From NCBI RefSeq assembly GCF_033153115.1, contig NW_026889750.1, positions 33,170,001 to 33,234,000 of the forward strand: 64,000 bases of DNA, read 5' to 3'. The translations under genes and the position numbers were made by a program. The DNA is from Saccostrea echinata (Eukaryota). The notes beneath the pieces are model-generated. The model saw nothing but the letters and a program-made list of their open reading frames with translations, had not been told where the DNA came from and searched no databases. This document shows positions 63,401 through 64,000 of the stretch, in pieces (position 1 is the first letter of the stretch; each line of letters opens with the position of its first letter).

Positions 63401-64000
63401 TTGAAGCCCTTAAAATATACGAGCGCAAGTAGGTACATTTTTCTCCTATGGCTGGTCACTGTATTTTATTGAAATCTACCTATATGTGAAAGAAGAAAAA
63501 TGTACCTAACTGCGCTCACATGTTGTTTTTAAAAAATTGTAAAATCTAGCCGGCCTCTCCCATTATGACCAGATCGTCGAAACCATTTTTTCTGACGTAA
63601 GAATAAATTCATATGCTAATCAAGGCTCTGGTGATACTTTCTAACTGACCAATCAGCTAAATGAGTTGCATTACTAATGAGTACCACAAAAATACTAAGG
63701 ACATTTTATGCTTGGAAAAAAGGTTGTATTTTTTTACCTGCTTTCCGATAAACAATTTTTTATGCATTTGAGTCACAAATTAGACACGGATCTACACTTT
63801 CCCAGCTCACATTAACAAACAATTGATTTATAAATATACATAGTTCAAAGTTTGTAAAGCGTTTGATGGGCAATTCGCTAGGTCTACACGTATTCCCGAG
63901 AATCAGTGAATAGAAGTTTCATGTGCATTTCTTGACCAAAAATGGTAAACACTGAGGTTCCATGCGTATTATTTTGTTTTTGTATAACTAGTCTTGGCTG

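Overview
AT-rich, intron-rich eukaryotic genomic DNA, almost certainly a bivalve and probably an oyster (it carries Helentron-associated HINE elements with the ~166-bp Cg170/HindIII-type satellite). There is one assembly gap (1539-1697). Genes read by hand from GT-AG junctions and phase continuity: (1) a large transmembrane mucin-like gene on + (4032-33453; 39 exons, ~1908 aa visible, 5' end not found; NIDO-AMOP-VWD[GDPH]-17xEGF-2xSEA-TM-tail); (2) a complete V-ATPase subunit H gene on + (38002-49532; 14 core exons, 478 aa) with a candidate 18-nt microexon and a candidate 131-aa alternative first exon; (3) a convergent 271-aa orphan ORF on - (50342-51157); (4) a stand-alone NHL/beta-propeller-like ORF on - (54500-55390). 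Introns are packed with non-autonomous elements. The most striking non-genic feature is a 475-bp miniature LTR retrotransposon (TRIM) in V-ATPase H intron 2, with two identical 177-bp LTRs that each contain a tRNA-derived Pol III unit, plus a tRNA-His PBS, a PPT and a 4-bp TSD. Other notable items: an intronic array amplified from an exon end plus its 5' splice site, a microexon that could rewrite the SEA autoproteolysis loop, and a palindromic bidirectional poly(A) signal between the convergent genes. All coordinates were counted by eye and could be off by a base or two; no searches were run.
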